DNA from: Shigella phage vB_SsoM_113
Reading direction: 5' to 3' (one strand)
Sequence record: LR746311
Length of the DNA: 64,000 bases
The notes beneath the pieces were generated by a model that was not told the origin of the DNA, made no database searches, and saw only the letters and a program-made list of their open reading frames with translations. Below, piece after piece: positions 9,361-19,647 of this stretch (within the stretch, counting starts at the first letter, position 1; each line of letters opens with the position of its first letter). Made by a program: the position numbers and the translations under genes.

Positions 9361-9519
9361 ATGAATATCGCAAAATTATTAGGAGTTATTTCATTTATTT
9401 GTTGGATAGTAGCATGTGTTTTAACTATCTGTATCGATGCTAGCAGTGTGTTTTCACAAGCTTTAGCCCAGGGTATGTGTGCATATTTAACATTTGTGTT
9501 GTTATCTACTAATGATTAA
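9361..9519 (+). CDS. small membrane protein, paralog of ac (52.1 position)
   Basis: 52 aa; shares a SVF-QA-AQG motif with the ac-like ORF. Confidence 0.45.
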   Translation: MNIAKLLGVISFICWIVACVLTICIDASSVFSQALAQGMCAYLTFVLLSTND

Positions 9520-9652
9520 GAAAATCTTGGGCTATTCATTAGCCCTTGCTACTTTATTGGTAGCACTATATTATGGAGTAATGTTCGGATTAATTCAAGT
9601 CGTGCTTTTCATTTCTGATGTTATTATGGCACTACATTCACTAGTATGGTAA
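9512..9652 (+). CDS. small membrane peptide (46 aa)
   Basis: Hydrophobic ORF overlapping the previous stop and ending 4 nt before gene 52. Confidence 0.3.
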   Translation: MIKKILGYSLALATLLVALYYGVMFGLIQVVLFISDVIMALHSLVW

Positions 9653-9656
9653 ATTT

Positions 9657-10985
9657 ATGCAACTGAATAATCGCGATTTAAAAAGTATCATTGATAATGA
9701 AGCATTGGCTTATGCTATGTACACGGTTGAAAATCGTGCTATCCCAAATATGATTGACGGATTTAAGCCAGTTCAACGATTTGTTATTGCTCGAGCTCTT
9801 GATTTAGCACGAGGAAATAAAGATAAGTTTCACAAACTCGCTTCTATTGCAGGTGGTGTAGCAGACCTTGGATATCATCATGGTGAAATCTCTGCACAAG
9901 ACGCAGGTGCTTTGATGGCTAACACTTGGAATAATAACTTTCCTTTGTTAGATGGTCAAGGAAACTTTGGTTCTCGTACCGTTCAAAAAGCAGCGGCAAG
10001 TCGTTATATTTTTGCTCGTGTAAGTAAAAATTTCTATAACGTATATAAAGATACTGAATATGCTCCGGTACATCAAGATAAAGAACACATTCCGCCTGCT
10101 TTCTATTTGCCTATTATTCCTACTGTTCTTCTTAATGGTGTTTCCGGTATTGCAACTGGTTATGCAACTTACATTCTTCCTCATAGTGTTTCTTCTGTCA
10201 AGAAAGCTGTATTGCAAGCTCTTCAAGGAAAGAAAGTAACTAAACCTAAGGTAGAATTCCCAGAATTTCGTGGTGAAGTCGTTGAAATTGACGGTCAATA
10301 TGAAATTCGTGGAACGTACAAGTTTACTTCACGAACTCAAATGCATATCACTGAGATTCCGTATAAGTATGATCGTGAAACTTATGTGAGTAAAATCTTA
10401 GACCCGCTTGAAGATAAAGGCTTCATTACATGGGATGATGCTTGTGGTGAGCATGGTTTTGGCTTCAAAGTTAAATTCCGTAAAGAATATTCCTTGAGCG
10501 ATAACGAAGAAGAACGCCATGCAAAAATTATGAAAGACTTCGGGTTGATTGAGCGTCGTTCCCAGAATATTACCGTTATTAATGAGAAAGGAAAACTACA
10601 AGTTTACGATAACGTAGTTGATTTAATCAAAGACTTCGTTGAAGTTCGTAAAACTTATGTCCAAAAACGAATTGATAACAAAATCAAAGAAACTGAATCA
10701 GCATTTCGTTTAGCCTTTGCCAAGGCACATTTCATTAAGAAAGTAATTTCAGGTGAAATTGTTGTACAAGGTAAAACTCGTAAAGAACTGACCGAAGAAC
10801 TTTCTAAAATTGATATGTATTCTTCTTATGTTGATAAACTAGTTGGAATGAACATTTTTCATATGACTTCCGACGAAGCAAAGAAACTTGCTGAAGAAGC
10901 TAAAGCTAAAAAAGAAGAAAACGAATATTGGAAAACTACTGATGTAGTTACCGAATACACTAAAGATTTAGAGGAAATCAAATGA
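9657..10985 (+). CDS. 52: DNA topoisomerase II medium subunit (GyrA-like)
   Basis: 442 aa (same as T4 gp52), N-terminus with GyrA-like motifs, upstream of motA as in T4. Confidence 0.9.
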   Translation: MQLNNRDLKSIIDNEALAYAMYTVENRAIPNMIDGFKPVQRFVIARALDLARGNKDKFHKLASIAGGVADLGYHHGEISAQDAGALMANTWNNNFPLLDGQGNFGSRTVQKAAASRYIFARVSKNFYNVYKDTEYAPVHQDKEHIPPAFYLPIIPTVLLNGVSGIATGYATYILPHSVSSVKKAVLQALQGKKVTKPKVEFPEFRGEVVEIDGQYEIRGTYKFTSRTQMHITEIPYKYDRETYVSKILDPLEDKGFITWDDACGEHGFGFKVKFRKEYSLSDNEEERHAKIMKDFGLIERRSQNITVINEKGKLQVYDNVVDLIKDFVEVRKTYVQKRIDNKIKETESAFRLAFAKAHFIKKVISGEIVVQGKTRKELTEELSKIDMYSSYVDKLVGMNIFHMTSDEAKKLAEEAKAKKEENEYWKTTDVVTEYTKDLEEIK

Positions 10986-11131
10986 GTCCATTCATTGGTA
11001 TTACAAGCGCTGCGTTAGTATCCGGTGGCATTTTACTGGCGGGTTTAGGTGTTGTTCCTGCTGTAGCAGGAGGTCTTCTTGCGTTCGGAATTCAACGTGT
11101 TATCATGACAGTTATCACAGTCATGCAGTAA
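10982..11131 (+). CDS. small membrane peptide (49 aa)
   Basis: ATGA overlap with the gene 52 stop; Gly/Ala-rich TM peptide. Confidence 0.35.
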   Translation: MSPFIGITSAALVSGGILLAGLGVVPAVAGGLLAFGIQRVIMTVITVMQ

Positions 11132-11136
11132 TTTTA

Positions 11137-11164
11137 GGGAGAGCCGAGGCTCTCCCTTTTTTTA
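11137..11164 (+). terminator. rho-independent terminator
   Basis: gggagagc-cgag-gctctccc followed by ttttttt. Confidence 0.6.
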
Positions 11165-11218
11165 TTTCAAAAATTTTTTCACAAAACGGTTTACAAGCAT
11201 AAAGCCTTATGGTACTAT
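11165..11218 (+). promoter_or_regulatory. early promoter cassette (PeS-like, copy B)
   Basis: aaaattttttcacaaaacggtttaca...tggtactatacaactatc; -35 gtttac at 11189-11194. Confidence 0.6.
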
Positions 11219-11266
11219 ACAACTATCAAATAAATGAACTGAAACAAACAACCCGGAGATACAAAA

Positions 11267-11494
11267 ATGAAATTTAAAATCGAAAACGAAATCGTTAAAG
11301 CTAAAAATGCTCTGACTGCTAACAAACTGGTTGTAGATGGTATTGAATATGATATCTGTGGAGTTCGTGAAGAAAAACCCGGTGTTCTGACTTTCTTCAC
11401 AATGATTTTTAAATTTAAAGGTGACACAGAATTCAAACAGTTTGATTTTGCCCATGAAGACGAAATCGAAGTTCGTAATCTGAACATTAAGTAA
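11267..11494 (+). CDS. hypothetical protein (motA.1 position)
   Basis: 75-aa ORF between gene 52 and motA. Confidence 0.45.
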   Translation: MKFKIENEIVKAKNALTANKLVVDGIEYDICGVREEKPGVLTFFTMIFKFKGDTEFKQFDFAHEDEIEVRNLNIK

Positions 11495-11533
11495 GTACTT
11501 TATTAGAGCTCTTGAAAAAGAGTGCAAAAAAGT

Positions 11534-11562
11534 GTTTACTTCTGCTTTAAACATGATACTAT
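11534..11562 (+). promoter_or_regulatory. early promoter upstream of motA
   Basis: gtttac 11534-11539, 17-bp spacer, tactat; downstream leader ctatcaaataaatgaactgaaac is identical to the leader after copy B. Confidence 0.5.
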
Positions 11563-11599
11563 AGACCTATCAAATAAATGAACTGAAACGGAGATTAAA

Positions 11600-12235
11600 A
11601 TGTCTAAAGTAACTTACATCATCAAAGCTTCTAACGATGTTCTGAATGAAAAAACTGCTGCGATTTTAATTACCATTGCTAAGAAAGATTTCATTACAGC
11701 CGCAGAAGTTCGTGAGGTGCATCCAGATTTAGGTAACGCAGTAGTTAATAGTAATATTGGGGTATTGATTAAAAAAGGCCTGGTGGAGAAATCTGGTGAT
11801 GGATTAATCATTACAGGCGAAGCTCAGGATATTATTTCAAATGCAGCAACTTTATACGCGCAGGAAAATGCTCCTGAACTACTGAAAAAACGAGCAACTC
11901 GTAAAGCTCGCGAGATTACTTCCGATATGGAAGAAGATAAAGACTTCATGTTAAAACTTTTAGATGAAAATGGATTTGTTCTTAAAAAGGTTGAAACTTA
12001 CCGCAGTAACTATCTTGCTATTTTAGAAAAACGCACTCACGGAATTCGTAATTTTGAAATTAATAACAATGGAAATATGCGAATTTTTGGATACAAAATG
12101 ATGGAACACCATATTCAGAAATTTACTGATATTGGAATGTCATGTAAAATCGCTAAAAACGGCAATGTGTATCTTGACATTAAACGCTCGGCAGAAAACA
12201 TTGAAGCAGTAATCACCGTAGCATCTGAACTGTGA
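11600..12235 (+). CDS. motA: middle-transcription activator MotA
   Basis: 211 aa; N-terminus MSKVTYIIKASNDVLNEKTAAILITIAKKDF matches T4 MotA. Confidence 0.9.
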   Translation: MSKVTYIIKASNDVLNEKTAAILITIAKKDFITAAEVREVHPDLGNAVVNSNIGVLIKKGLVEKSGDGLIITGEAQDIISNAATLYAQENAPELLKKRATRKAREITSDMEEDKDFMLKLLDENGFVLKKVETYRSNYLAILEKRTHGIRNFEINNNGNMRIFGYKMMEHHIQKFTDIGMSCKIAKNGNVYLDIKRSAENIEAVITVASEL

Positions 12236-12245
12236 GGAATAAATA

Positions 12246-12590
12246 ATGAACAAGTTAGAAATTGTTAATGAACTTCGTCGTTGTGCAGAACCCACTCAAG
12301 AGGGGTGGGACATCTGGTACCATGGAGCTTATCTTGGAACTATTGTTAAAGTTAGAACTGGGCTATATTTAATTATTCGTGAAAATTCTGAATTACCCAA
12401 CGGAGTAGCTCCTGGCGGTGTACGTAAAAACTTCATGGCAGCGATTAGTACCTTTGTTCAATCGGCTTACGAAATTTACCTTGCTGATTATAAAGAATTC
12501 CAGGAATCTCAACCAGTTATTCGCTCAATTGGTGTTAACAAAGCTCGACAGAAAACTTTGTGGCAGCGTATTAAAGGATGGTTTAAATGA
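12246..12590 (+). CDS. hypothetical protein (arn.x region)
   Basis: 114-aa ORF with RBS. Confidence 0.45.
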   Translation: MNKLEIVNELRRCAEPTQEGWDIWYHGAYLGTIVKVRTGLYLIIRENSELPNGVAPGGVRKNFMAAISTFVQSAYEIYLADYKEFQESQPVIRSIGVNKARQKTLWQRIKGWFK

Positions 12591-13048
12591 ACCCATTTAT
12601 TAATCGTTTAAAAATGCTGAGTGTTCCTTTATCTCGCGAAACTCCAGAAAGTCTTGTTGAAAAATTTAAAGCGCATGGTTATAAATGCACAGAAGAAGAT
12701 ATTCTGAAAGAAGTTCCTGAAATCTGTTGGCAGTCTGCATATTGGGACGAAAATCAAAAATATCAACGACGAATTGTTTGCGCAGCCAACCGTTTTAAAT
12801 TAAAAGATGGACGAACTCTTGTTATTCCAGGTGCTCGTCATTATTCTAAAGATATGGCAGAAGTTTTAGATGTAGTTAAACCCCAATTAGTTACTCAGCA
12901 AGTTTGTGATGATGACCAAGGGTTTATTGATCAGTATAGTAATTATTGGACACGTGAAGAAGCAATGATTATTGCAACTTACGCAGGACAAGTACGTATT
13001 GAACGCGGTGGTAGTGAAAAAGAACTTTACTCTGAGGACCTTTACTAA
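12587..13048 (+). CDS. hypothetical protein (arn.x region)
   Basis: 153-aa ORF, ATGA overlap. Confidence 0.45.
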   Translation: MNPFINRLKMLSVPLSRETPESLVEKFKAHGYKCTEEDILKEVPEICWQSAYWDENQKYQRRIVCAANRFKLKDGRTLVIPGARHYSKDMAEVLDVVKPQLVTQQVCDDDQGFIDQYSNYWTREEAMIIATYAGQVRIERGGSEKELYSEDLY

Positions 13049-13344
13049 TGAATATTAAAAAGTTTCAAATTGATGGAATTAAGAATCAAATCCAGGCGTT
13101 GGAATATGCCAATAAAATGATGTCATCTAATTGGGGAATTTATGCCAATGAACCGGCATTTCAGTTCTGTGATATGGAATTCACCAAAAAGCTCGTAGGA
13201 AAAGATTATGTATGTCCATTTAGTTCTATAATAAATGACATGTTAAAACCTGCTTTACGCGATCTTTATATTGCGATGAACGAAGAAATGATAAAAGAAC
13301 TAAAACGTCAACTGAAGGTGATTCAATTTGGCCAGGGAAATTAA
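13048..13344 (+). CDS. hypothetical protein (arn.x region)
   Basis: 98-aa ORF, TAATG overlap. Confidence 0.45.
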   Translation: MNIKKFQIDGIKNQIQALEYANKMMSSNWGIYANEPAFQFCDMEFTKKLVGKDYVCPFSSIINDMLKPALRDLYIAMNEEMIKELKRQLKVIQFGQGN

Positions 13345-13546
13345 TTCAAAATCCGATTATTTTAATTCTCTCAATGATAAAGATAAAAATCTAATACGGC
13401 ATTTTATCGTTGAGATGGGATATACTGATACACGTGATTTAAGAGAACATATATTTGAATGTGGTGTAGCTAAAAAGTTTTCATTCACGTGCAATTGTTT
13501 AAGAGAGGTAATTCAGCACTATGAACAATTTAGTCGCAAAACATAA
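13328..13546 (+). CDS. hypothetical protein
   Basis: 72-aa ORF; start uncertain, overlaps upstream ORF by 17 nt. Confidence 0.35.
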   Translation: MAREINSKSDYFNSLNDKDKNLIRHFIVEMGYTDTRDLREHIFECGVAKKFSFTCNCLREVIQHYEQFSRKT

Positions 13547-13629
13547 TTTTAATAAAGCTTCTGTCCATAAGGATAAGAAGAAAGCGTTTAAAGAATCTAA
13601 TCGCAAACAGAAACATAAGGGGAAGGTCT

Positions 13630-13908
13630 ATGATTATTGATTCTCAGTCTGTGGTTCAATACACAATCAAAATTGATATTCTAGAAAAGCTATACAAGTT
13701 TCTACCAAATTTATACCACTCAATTGTTAATGAATTAGTTGAAGAACTACATCTTGGGAATAATGATTTCTTGATTGGAACTTATAAAGATAACTCAAAG
13801 GCGGGATATTTTTACGTAATTCCAGCTCCAGGAAAAAGTATTGATGATGTATTAAAAACTATAATGATTTATGTCCTTGATTATGAAATTGAAGATTATT
13901 TCGAATGA
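13630..13908 (+). CDS. arn: anti-restriction nuclease Arn (McrBC inhibitor, DNA mimic)
   Basis: 92-aa acidic protein at the conserved position upstream of asiA; sequence resembles recalled T4 Arn. Confidence 0.7.
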   Translation: MIIDSQSVVQYTIKIDILEKLYKFLPNLYHSIVNELVEELHLGNNDFLIGTYKDNSKAGYFYVIPAPGKSIDDVLKTIMIYVLDYEIEDYFE

Positions 13909-14057
13909 GTCATAATCTTGAAAAAGTAATCGAGCATAATGTAGCTCAGGAACGTAAGTCGTTCAAGGAATTCGTAGAAAAAATTTTTGAAGAAAATACC
14001 ACAGACCAGTTTACAAATCAAGCGTCTGATGATATTATAACAAAGTCAACTAATTGA
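13905..14057 (+). CDS. hypothetical small protein (50 aa)
   Basis: ATGA overlap with the arn stop. Confidence 0.3.
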   Translation: MSHNLEKVIEHNVAQERKSFKEFVEKIFEENTTDQFTNQASDDIITKSTN

Positions 14058-14069
14058 GTGGTATAGTTA

Positions 14070-14342
14070 ATGAATAAAAATATTGATACAGTTCGTGAAA
14101 TTATTACTGTTGCGTCTATTTTGATTAAATTTTCCAGAGAAGATATTGTTGAGAATCGCGCTAATTTTATTGCATTTCTGAATGAGATTGGAGTAACGCA
14201 TGAAGGTAGAAAGTTAAATCAGAATTCATTCCGTAAAATTGTTTCTGAATTAACTCAAGAAGATAAGAAAACCCTCATCGACGAATTCAACGAGGGTTTT
14301 GAGGGTGTATATCGATATCTAGAGATGTATACGAACAAATAA
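14070..14342 (+). CDS. asiA: anti-sigma70 factor AsiA
   Basis: 90 aa; MNKNIDTVREIITVASILIKFSREDIVENRANFIAFLNEIGVTHEGRKLNQNSFRKIV matches T4 AsiA. Confidence 0.95.
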   Translation: MNKNIDTVREIITVASILIKFSREDIVENRANFIAFLNEIGVTHEGRKLNQNSFRKIVSELTQEDKKTLIDEFNEGFEGVYRYLEMYTNK

Positions 14343-14999
14343 TTATTTAGCCCTTCCTAATATTCTGGCCGCCTGAGCACATATTGATTCAAGGCGGTCA
14401 TTACTTATATGATCATTTCTATACCAGTACATGGTTATTGTTCCAGCATAGATATTATCCAAATTAAAATATGGACAACTGTACATGTAATTTATTTCGG
14501 GAGTAGGCTTTTTAGTTGGTAAAAAAGCAAATTTTGAGTTTGAATAATAATGACGTCCATTTAAATGAACTGCATATTCATCCATAGTTTTATCAACAGG
14601 ATATCCTCCAAGTGATTTTTCACTTATTGTTGAAGGTAGTTTTCCTTCGTATGCTATAATATCAACAAAATAGTTTAAGTTTTTAGGGCGGAAAGAATAC
14701 ACCGCACTAAAGTCTGCCTCAGATGATATATGAACTATCTGGAGTTGTTCCAGGGCGACAGATTCAAAGCGTGCATTTCTTTCCTTTTCAATAATTTCAC
14801 TGTATGTTTCATACTTTGATTGCTTATAGTACTCAAAGAAACTATCTCCCCTATACCAAACAATCGCCATTATAAACAAAAGAATTACGACAGCTACCCG
14901 GGAAGCAAGAACTTTCCCGGTAGCATTATCTTTGAACAAGCGATCTAGAACACCAAACAGAATATCAGAGGGCGAAAATGATATTCTAGGTGCTGCCAT
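14343..14999 (-). CDS. t: holin T
   Basis: 218 aa; MAAPRISFSPSDILFGVLDRLFKDNATGK with an N-terminal TM segment; convergent with asiA as in T4. Confidence 0.9.
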   Translation of the reverse strand: MAAPRISFSPSDILFGVLDRLFKDNATGKVLASRVAVVILLFIMAIVWYRGDSFFEYYKQSKYETYSEIIEKERNARFESVALEQLQIVHISSEADFSAVYSFRPKNLNYFVDIIAYEGKLPSTISEKSLGGYPVDKTMDEYAVHLNGRHYYSNSKFAFLPTKKPTPEINYMYSCPYFNLDNIYAGTITMYWYRNDHISNDRLESICAQAARILGRAK

Positions 15000-15029
15000 A
15001 GACCCTCCTTTTAAGGGTATTTATTTAAA

Positions 15030-15812
15030 TTATACTCTTGGACCATATATTGCTCCAACGTTTTGCCATGTCGGTGTAGACCCTATGACGGCATAACCAG
15101 CAGCTCCGCCATCGTATTCATATCCTTGACCACGAATATTACATCTACCTCCTGCGGAGCCAACTTCACCACCAGACCCGCCGTTGTAGATACCGTTCAC
15201 AGACCCTGCGCCTGGCGCAGAAATAGTACCAGCAGTTGCTCCTGATTGCATATCAATAGATCCGCCCGGTGCGCCAAACGGACGACCGCCGCCACCGCCA
15301 AAGGTCAATCTCATTTGTGAAAAAGGAGAATAATACCCGCCGCCACCGCCGCCACCGCCGCCAGCAATAGCTCCACCATTATTAATTCTTAGTCTCCCAC
15401 CAATATCATTTTGAATACAATGACCCCCAGCTGAGCCAGGACTATTGCTACCGCCATTCCCGCCACGGCCATACATCGTTACACCATGTATGTTCAACTG
15501 AACATATTCATTCGGTGTATCTCCGTACATGAAGAATAAAGGAACATCTTTAGAATATGATACTAAATCTCCAGTGATATTAAACACTATAGGTGCACTA
15601 CCTGCCTCAAAACATCTATCTCGGAACCATTGACCATTGAAGTTATGGTCTGCTCCAAGTGTATGAATAATTTCTCTTGAGCGACCTGCAAATTGACTCA
15701 TCCAGCAAGGAACACCCAATCTTAATTGACCAGCTGCTTGACTCATCCAGCGCTGACCCGTTTCATTTACGGCTGAACTTCCAATCCAACCAGGAACACC
15801 AACTACTGCCAT
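15030..15812 (-). CDS. 38: long tail fibre tip adhesin gp38 (T2/T6 type, glycine-rich motifs)
   Basis: 260 aa; conserved N-terminus [40 protein letters not shown]; several poly-Gly stretches including G9. Confidence 0.85.
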   Translation of the reverse strand: MAVVGVPGWIGSSAVNETGQRWMSQAAGQLRLGVPCWMSQFAGRSREIIHTLGADHNFNGQWFRDRCFEAGSAPIVFNITGDLVSYSKDVPLFFMYGDTPNEYVQLNIHGVTMYGRGGNGGSNSPGSAGGHCIQNDIGGRLRINNGGAIAGGGGGGGGGYYSPFSQMRLTFGGGGGRPFGAPGGSIDMQSGATAGTISAPGAGSVNGIYNGGSGGEVGSAGGRCNIRGQGYEYDGGAAGYAVIGSTPTWQNVGAIYGPRV

Positions 15813-15845
15813 AATTTATCTCCAAAGGGGCAATGCCCCTTGTTA

Positions 15846-18800
15846 TTAGAATTTAAAGTATTTACCAATTTTGCGAGCAATTTTAGTGAAGAAAGGCGTT
15901 TTCAATTCTTTAATTTCTTCACTCATTTCCTGAATGGCCTTAATTAAAAGAGCATTCACAGCAGAGTTAGAAATTGTTAAAATTTCTTCTGGGTTATCCT
16001 GAGATCCGACACTAGAAGTGCTAACAGCTTCCGGTAATACTTCTTGCAAATCCTGTGCGATAATACCAATCTCATGGCCGATAACTTCGCGGTCAGAAAG
16101 AGATTTAACTTTATCATAGGTTTTAACTTTGAGTTTATTTACCTTATCCACCGCATTCTCTTCGTAGTCTTCAACATTAATTTTCAGACGACGGTCAGAA
16201 CGAATATAAACGTCGTTACAATATACAGCAGCACCAGCAGTAAAATCACCGTTAAATGAAAATCCAAAATCATTCCCACCCACATGCAATACAACATAAG
16301 GATTACCACCTCCAGCATGAGCACCCATCGCCGCAATGTGCTGTTCGCCCCAATGAGTAGCTTTCCAAATGTTATATGCTTGATTTCGTGAGTCCTGACA
16401 GTCTACTAACAATCCAGCCGGACGATCTCGCCAGTCTACCCATGCACCACCGGAAATATTACCACGGATAAGAGCGTATTCACCATTATATGGAACACGC
16501 TCTCCCGCTTTAATCATTGCACCCTGGAAGTGATGACTAAATGAACCCCCATGATTATTGCGAATATGTAAAATACCCTCATCTGTAGCCCAGATAACAG
16601 CCTTTTCCGTATCGCTATCATCTCTAAACCAGATATGGCGTGCGCCAGAGGTTTTGACGGTTATTCCGTTAGGTCCATGCACGGTCAAAGCACCAGATAC
16701 ATCAAATAAAACGGTGTCATCTGTCCTACGTTCAGTATAGAAGTGATAACCTTTGGAATCACCGACTTCCATCACTGCCGCGCGACCAACTTCTGAATTT
16801 CCCCAATTATTGATATGGAATCGTTCAGAGCTATTATTCATCTGATTTAGGTATAATGTACCATCAGTGAATGTTTCGCCAAAGAAACGAGTTTTAATTG
16901 CACCAGTCGCTAAAGTACGTTCAGTAGAAAAATGAACTCCTTTGCTGTCTTCTAACTGAATAATGTTATCACGCGCATTATTACTATCACCCCAATGGTT
17001 AAATTTAAAATAATCTCGTGATCCTAAACGTCCAGCGTCAAAAGTCATCAAGCCTTTTATATTAATATCACCACCAAAAAATGCGGTGAGAGAATCACGT
17101 TTTAATTTTAAAACGTTAGCACCACTAGTACCACCTAAAGTAACATCACCAGTTCTCAATTCATAACGGAAAGGTCTATTTGTATTAAAGTTTCCATCTT
17201 GATCATCTTCGTCGGTGGAAAGAATATAAAGACTCTCTCCATCATTACGGAAAATTGCGCCAAACTTACCGCCGTACATTTTAAATGCATTCAATGAGCG
17301 GAATTTAACTTCTGTTTTAAAAGTGGTAGTGTTATTAAGGTTAACAGTAGAGTTAAAATTGGTAGGAGCACCGAAGTTAACTGCGCCATTAAAATCTTGC
17401 TGCGCTGTCCATTTGTGGCGACCATCTTCAAGAACAACACGACGAACTGTGCAAGTTCTATTTCCTGAATTACCGAATACACGAACGACAAAATAACGGT
17501 AGTTTGTCTGGGATACAGTACCACGCCAAACCTGAACAGTACGCCCTGTGCTAGTATGTTCGCTAGGACCGACGGAAAACATAACCAAGTTTCCATCAAT
17601 CGTCCCCCAATTCATATTTGCTGGCATGTTCTTTATTTTGTTCAAAGGAACGCTAAACATACTACCAGGGACAAAATCAAAGGTTTGCCAATCTAACTCC
17701 GCTAATTGAGCTTTAATACCACCCATACCCAAAGTAATTGGCAGAGAATAAGATGTATATACTTCGTTCCATGTACCCCAAACACCATTAGTGTATGCAC
17801 GCTCAAAAATACGTCCGCGAGTAGTTGTACCTGTTCCGGCAGTAGTAAATTTTTGGAAAATAGCACCACCAGAAGCACGCTGTTTAACTTCTAGCAAACC
17901 AATAATAACGGCTGGTAAACCTTCACCTGTAGGGCAGTTAATAACGGCATCAGTGCCTAAAATATTATATAACCCAGGAGTTTTAAAATCATTCAGGTTT
18001 CCATCATAGAAAGTCGCTGGTGTGACATTACCGACTTGTTGCCACGGTCCCCATTTAGGAGCAGTAGCATTCCACGCGGCAGTAAGACAGCGAGTATAAA
18101 CAACACCAAACATGGTTGTATATCTTTGCGTACGAGAATAGCTTCCCCCTTCATATACTTCCAAAAGACCTTTAGCTGACGATCCCTCTTCTGGGAAATT
18201 TCTGTCAAAGGTGGCAATGGAATTTGAACTATTCCTCCACAAGCCAAAGTGTTCAGCACCTCCTAGATCATTAAGATCAATTGTTGTTGACAGTGGACGA
18301 GTACCGGATTGAATATTTCGCCACACACTCCACGGACCATTTACTCCGTTCCATGTAGCAGTCAAGGAACGAATATAAACATTTCCGTATCTGGTTGTAT
18401 ATCTCTGAGTACCAGCAAATTGACCGGCCACAAATACTTCTAGCACACCTACAGCATTTTCTTCTGGAAATTTATTTGCTGGTTGAGCGTTGGTTGAAGT
18501 TGCTTTCGACCAAACTCCAAGATATTCTTCAACAGGCCCATACTCATCTAAATTAGCATCAACCGGTAATTCGCCGTTATTTTTTATAAACGTTGTGCTA
18601 TTGACATTTATGTCAGATGGAGTTAGCGTGATATCTTTTGACCCATCAAAGGATATACCATTAATTTTTCGTGCTGTTTTTAATTTCGTTGCAGTTGCAG
18701 CGTTACCTGTTAAATTTCCAACTATACTTCCATTAACAGTTAAAGAACCATCAATTGTTCCTCCATATTTTAAACCTAATTCTATAACACTGCCTGAGTC

Positions 18801-18926
18801 ATCTTTTGTGAAAATTGTTTTATCTTTTAAATTAATAGCCAATTCACCTTCGGCTAATACTGAAGCAGCAGGACGTTGACCTGCAGTTTTGCTTCTTTTA
18901 AATTGTATTTGTTTTAAAGTAGCCAT
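15846..18926 (-). CDS. 37: long tail fibre distal subunit gp37
   Basis: 1026 aa; conserved N-terminus [35 protein letters not shown]; C-terminal region resembles an intramolecular chaperone domain, not the T4 His-box needle. Confidence 0.9.
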   Translation of the reverse strand: MATLKQIQFKRSKTAGQRPAASVLAEGELAINLKDKTIFTKDDSGSVIELGLKYGGTIDGSLTVNGSIVGNLTGNAATATKLKTARKINGISFDGSKDITLTPSDINVNSTTFIKNNGELPVDANLDEYGPVEEYLGVWSKATSTNAQPANKFPEENAVGVLEVFVAGQFAGTQRYTTRYGNVYIRSLTATWNGVNGPWSVWRNIQSGTRPLSTTIDLNDLGGAEHFGLWRNSSNSIATFDRNFPEEGSSAKGLLEVYEGGSYSRTQRYTTMFGVVYTRCLTAAWNATAPKWGPWQQVGNVTPATFYDGNLNDFKTPGLYNILGTDAVINCPTGEGLPAVIIGLLEVKQRASGGAIFQKFTTAGTGTTTRGRIFERAYTNGVWGTWNEVYTSYSLPITLGMGGIKAQLAELDWQTFDFVPGSMFSVPLNKIKNMPANMNWGTIDGNLVMFSVGPSEHTSTGRTVQVWRGTVSQTNYRYFVVRVFGNSGNRTCTVRRVVLEDGRHKWTAQQDFNGAVNFGAPTNFNSTVNLNNTTTFKTEVKFRSLNAFKMYGGKFGAIFRNDGESLYILSTDEDDQDGNFNTNRPFRYELRTGDVTLGGTSGANVLKLKRDSLTAFFGGDINIKGLMTFDAGRLGSRDYFKFNHWGDSNNARDNIIQLEDSKGVHFSTERTLATGAIKTRFFGETFTDGTLYLNQMNNSSERFHINNWGNSEVGRAAVMEVGDSKGYHFYTERRTDDTVLFDVSGALTVHGPNGITVKTSGARHIWFRDDSDTEKAVIWATDEGILHIRNNHGGSFSHHFQGAMIKAGERVPYNGEYALIRGNISGGAWVDWRDRPAGLLVDCQDSRNQAYNIWKATHWGEQHIAAMGAHAGGGNPYVVLHVGGNDFGFSFNGDFTAGAAVYCNDVYIRSDRRLKINVEDYEENAVDKVNKLKVKTYDKVKSLSDREVIGHEIGIIAQDLQEVLPEAVSTSSVGSQDNPEEILTISNSAVNALLIKAIQEMSEEIKELKTPFFTKIARKIGKYFKF

Positions 18927-18934
18927 AAGTCCTC

Positions 18935-19585
18935 TTAATAATAGCCGAAATCTTGAACAGAATCCTTAATCACGATTTGGTCAAATCGTGGAACATGTGA
19001 GGGTTGAGATGCAGGATTCTGCGAGAAAAAGTTTGGCGCTGTTAAATTACCTGTCATGGTGTCACCTTTACGCAAAACTCTAGAATTCGCATTTGCCGTA
19101 ACAGTATTTATTGCTCCATCGACATAATCTTTACGAGTAACATCAGACGCTGCTGAAGGAGTAGATGTAACAGTTACAGATGGAGCCGTTACAGCCCTAG
19201 TAAATGTTGTCAAACCTTCTGGCGTAATAGTAATTTGTCCAGTAGTGATTTCACTACCTGCAGGTCTAAAACTAATACCACCAGAAGAGCCACCAACTAC
19301 AAGAGTATTACCGGTACCGCCACCAGAACGAATTCGAATGGGGGTTTCATTATTACTTAATTGAAGATAACTATTTACCCCGTAATTAATAGTAATTGGA
19401 CCGGTGTAAGTACCACCATTAGCTTTAGAAACGAAATCGTTATCAGCTGCCTGTGGTTTGTTATATTCTGAATATATTTTAAATGATTTGTAGAGTACAT
19501 CGTCACCGGCTGAATTCAATGGAAAATTTCCTTGATGCCAAATGACAGATCCACCCACAGTTGAACCTACTTTTAAATCAGCCAT
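18935..19585 (-). CDS. 36: long tail fibre distal connector gp36
   Basis: 216 aa; conserved N- and C-termini (MADLKVGST...SVQDFGYY). Confidence 0.85.
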   Translation of the reverse strand: MADLKVGSTVGGSVIWHQGNFPLNSAGDDVLYKSFKIYSEYNKPQAADNDFVSKANGGTYTGPITINYGVNSYLQLSNNETPIRIRSGGGTGNTLVVGGSSGGISFRPAGSEITTGQITITPEGLTTFTRAVTAPSVTVTSTPSAASDVTRKDYVDGAINTVTANANSRVLRKGDTMTGNLTAPNFFSQNPASQPSHVPRFDQIVIKDSVQDFGYY

Positions 19586-19608
19586 TATATGCCCCTTTAT
19601 TTTAATAT

Positions 19609-19616
19609 TATTTATA
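19609..19616 (-). promoter_or_regulatory. late promoter (TATAAATA) for gene 36
   Basis: TATAAATA on the - strand about 25 nt upstream of the gene 36 start. Confidence 0.45.
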
Positions 19617-19623
19617 AAGAAAA

Positions 19624-19646
19624 AGGGAACCCGAAGGCTCCCTCAG
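19624..19646 (-). terminator. stem-loop/terminator after gene 35
   Basis: - strand GGGAGCC-UUCG-GGUUCCC followed by a U-run. Confidence 0.4.
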
Positions 19647-19647
19647 T

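Noticed and set aside
15001-15029. Late promoter upstream of holin t
   Set aside because: The - strand reads TAAATAAATA rather than the TATAAATA consensus; too weak to call without transcript data.
15063-18879. Plus-strand ORFs inside gp38 and gp37 (15063..15245, 16044..16259, 16558..16740, 17706..18009, 18490..18879)
   Set aside because: Antisense to well-supported tail-fibre genes; mirror-frame artefacts of GC-rich Gly/Ala/Thr coding.
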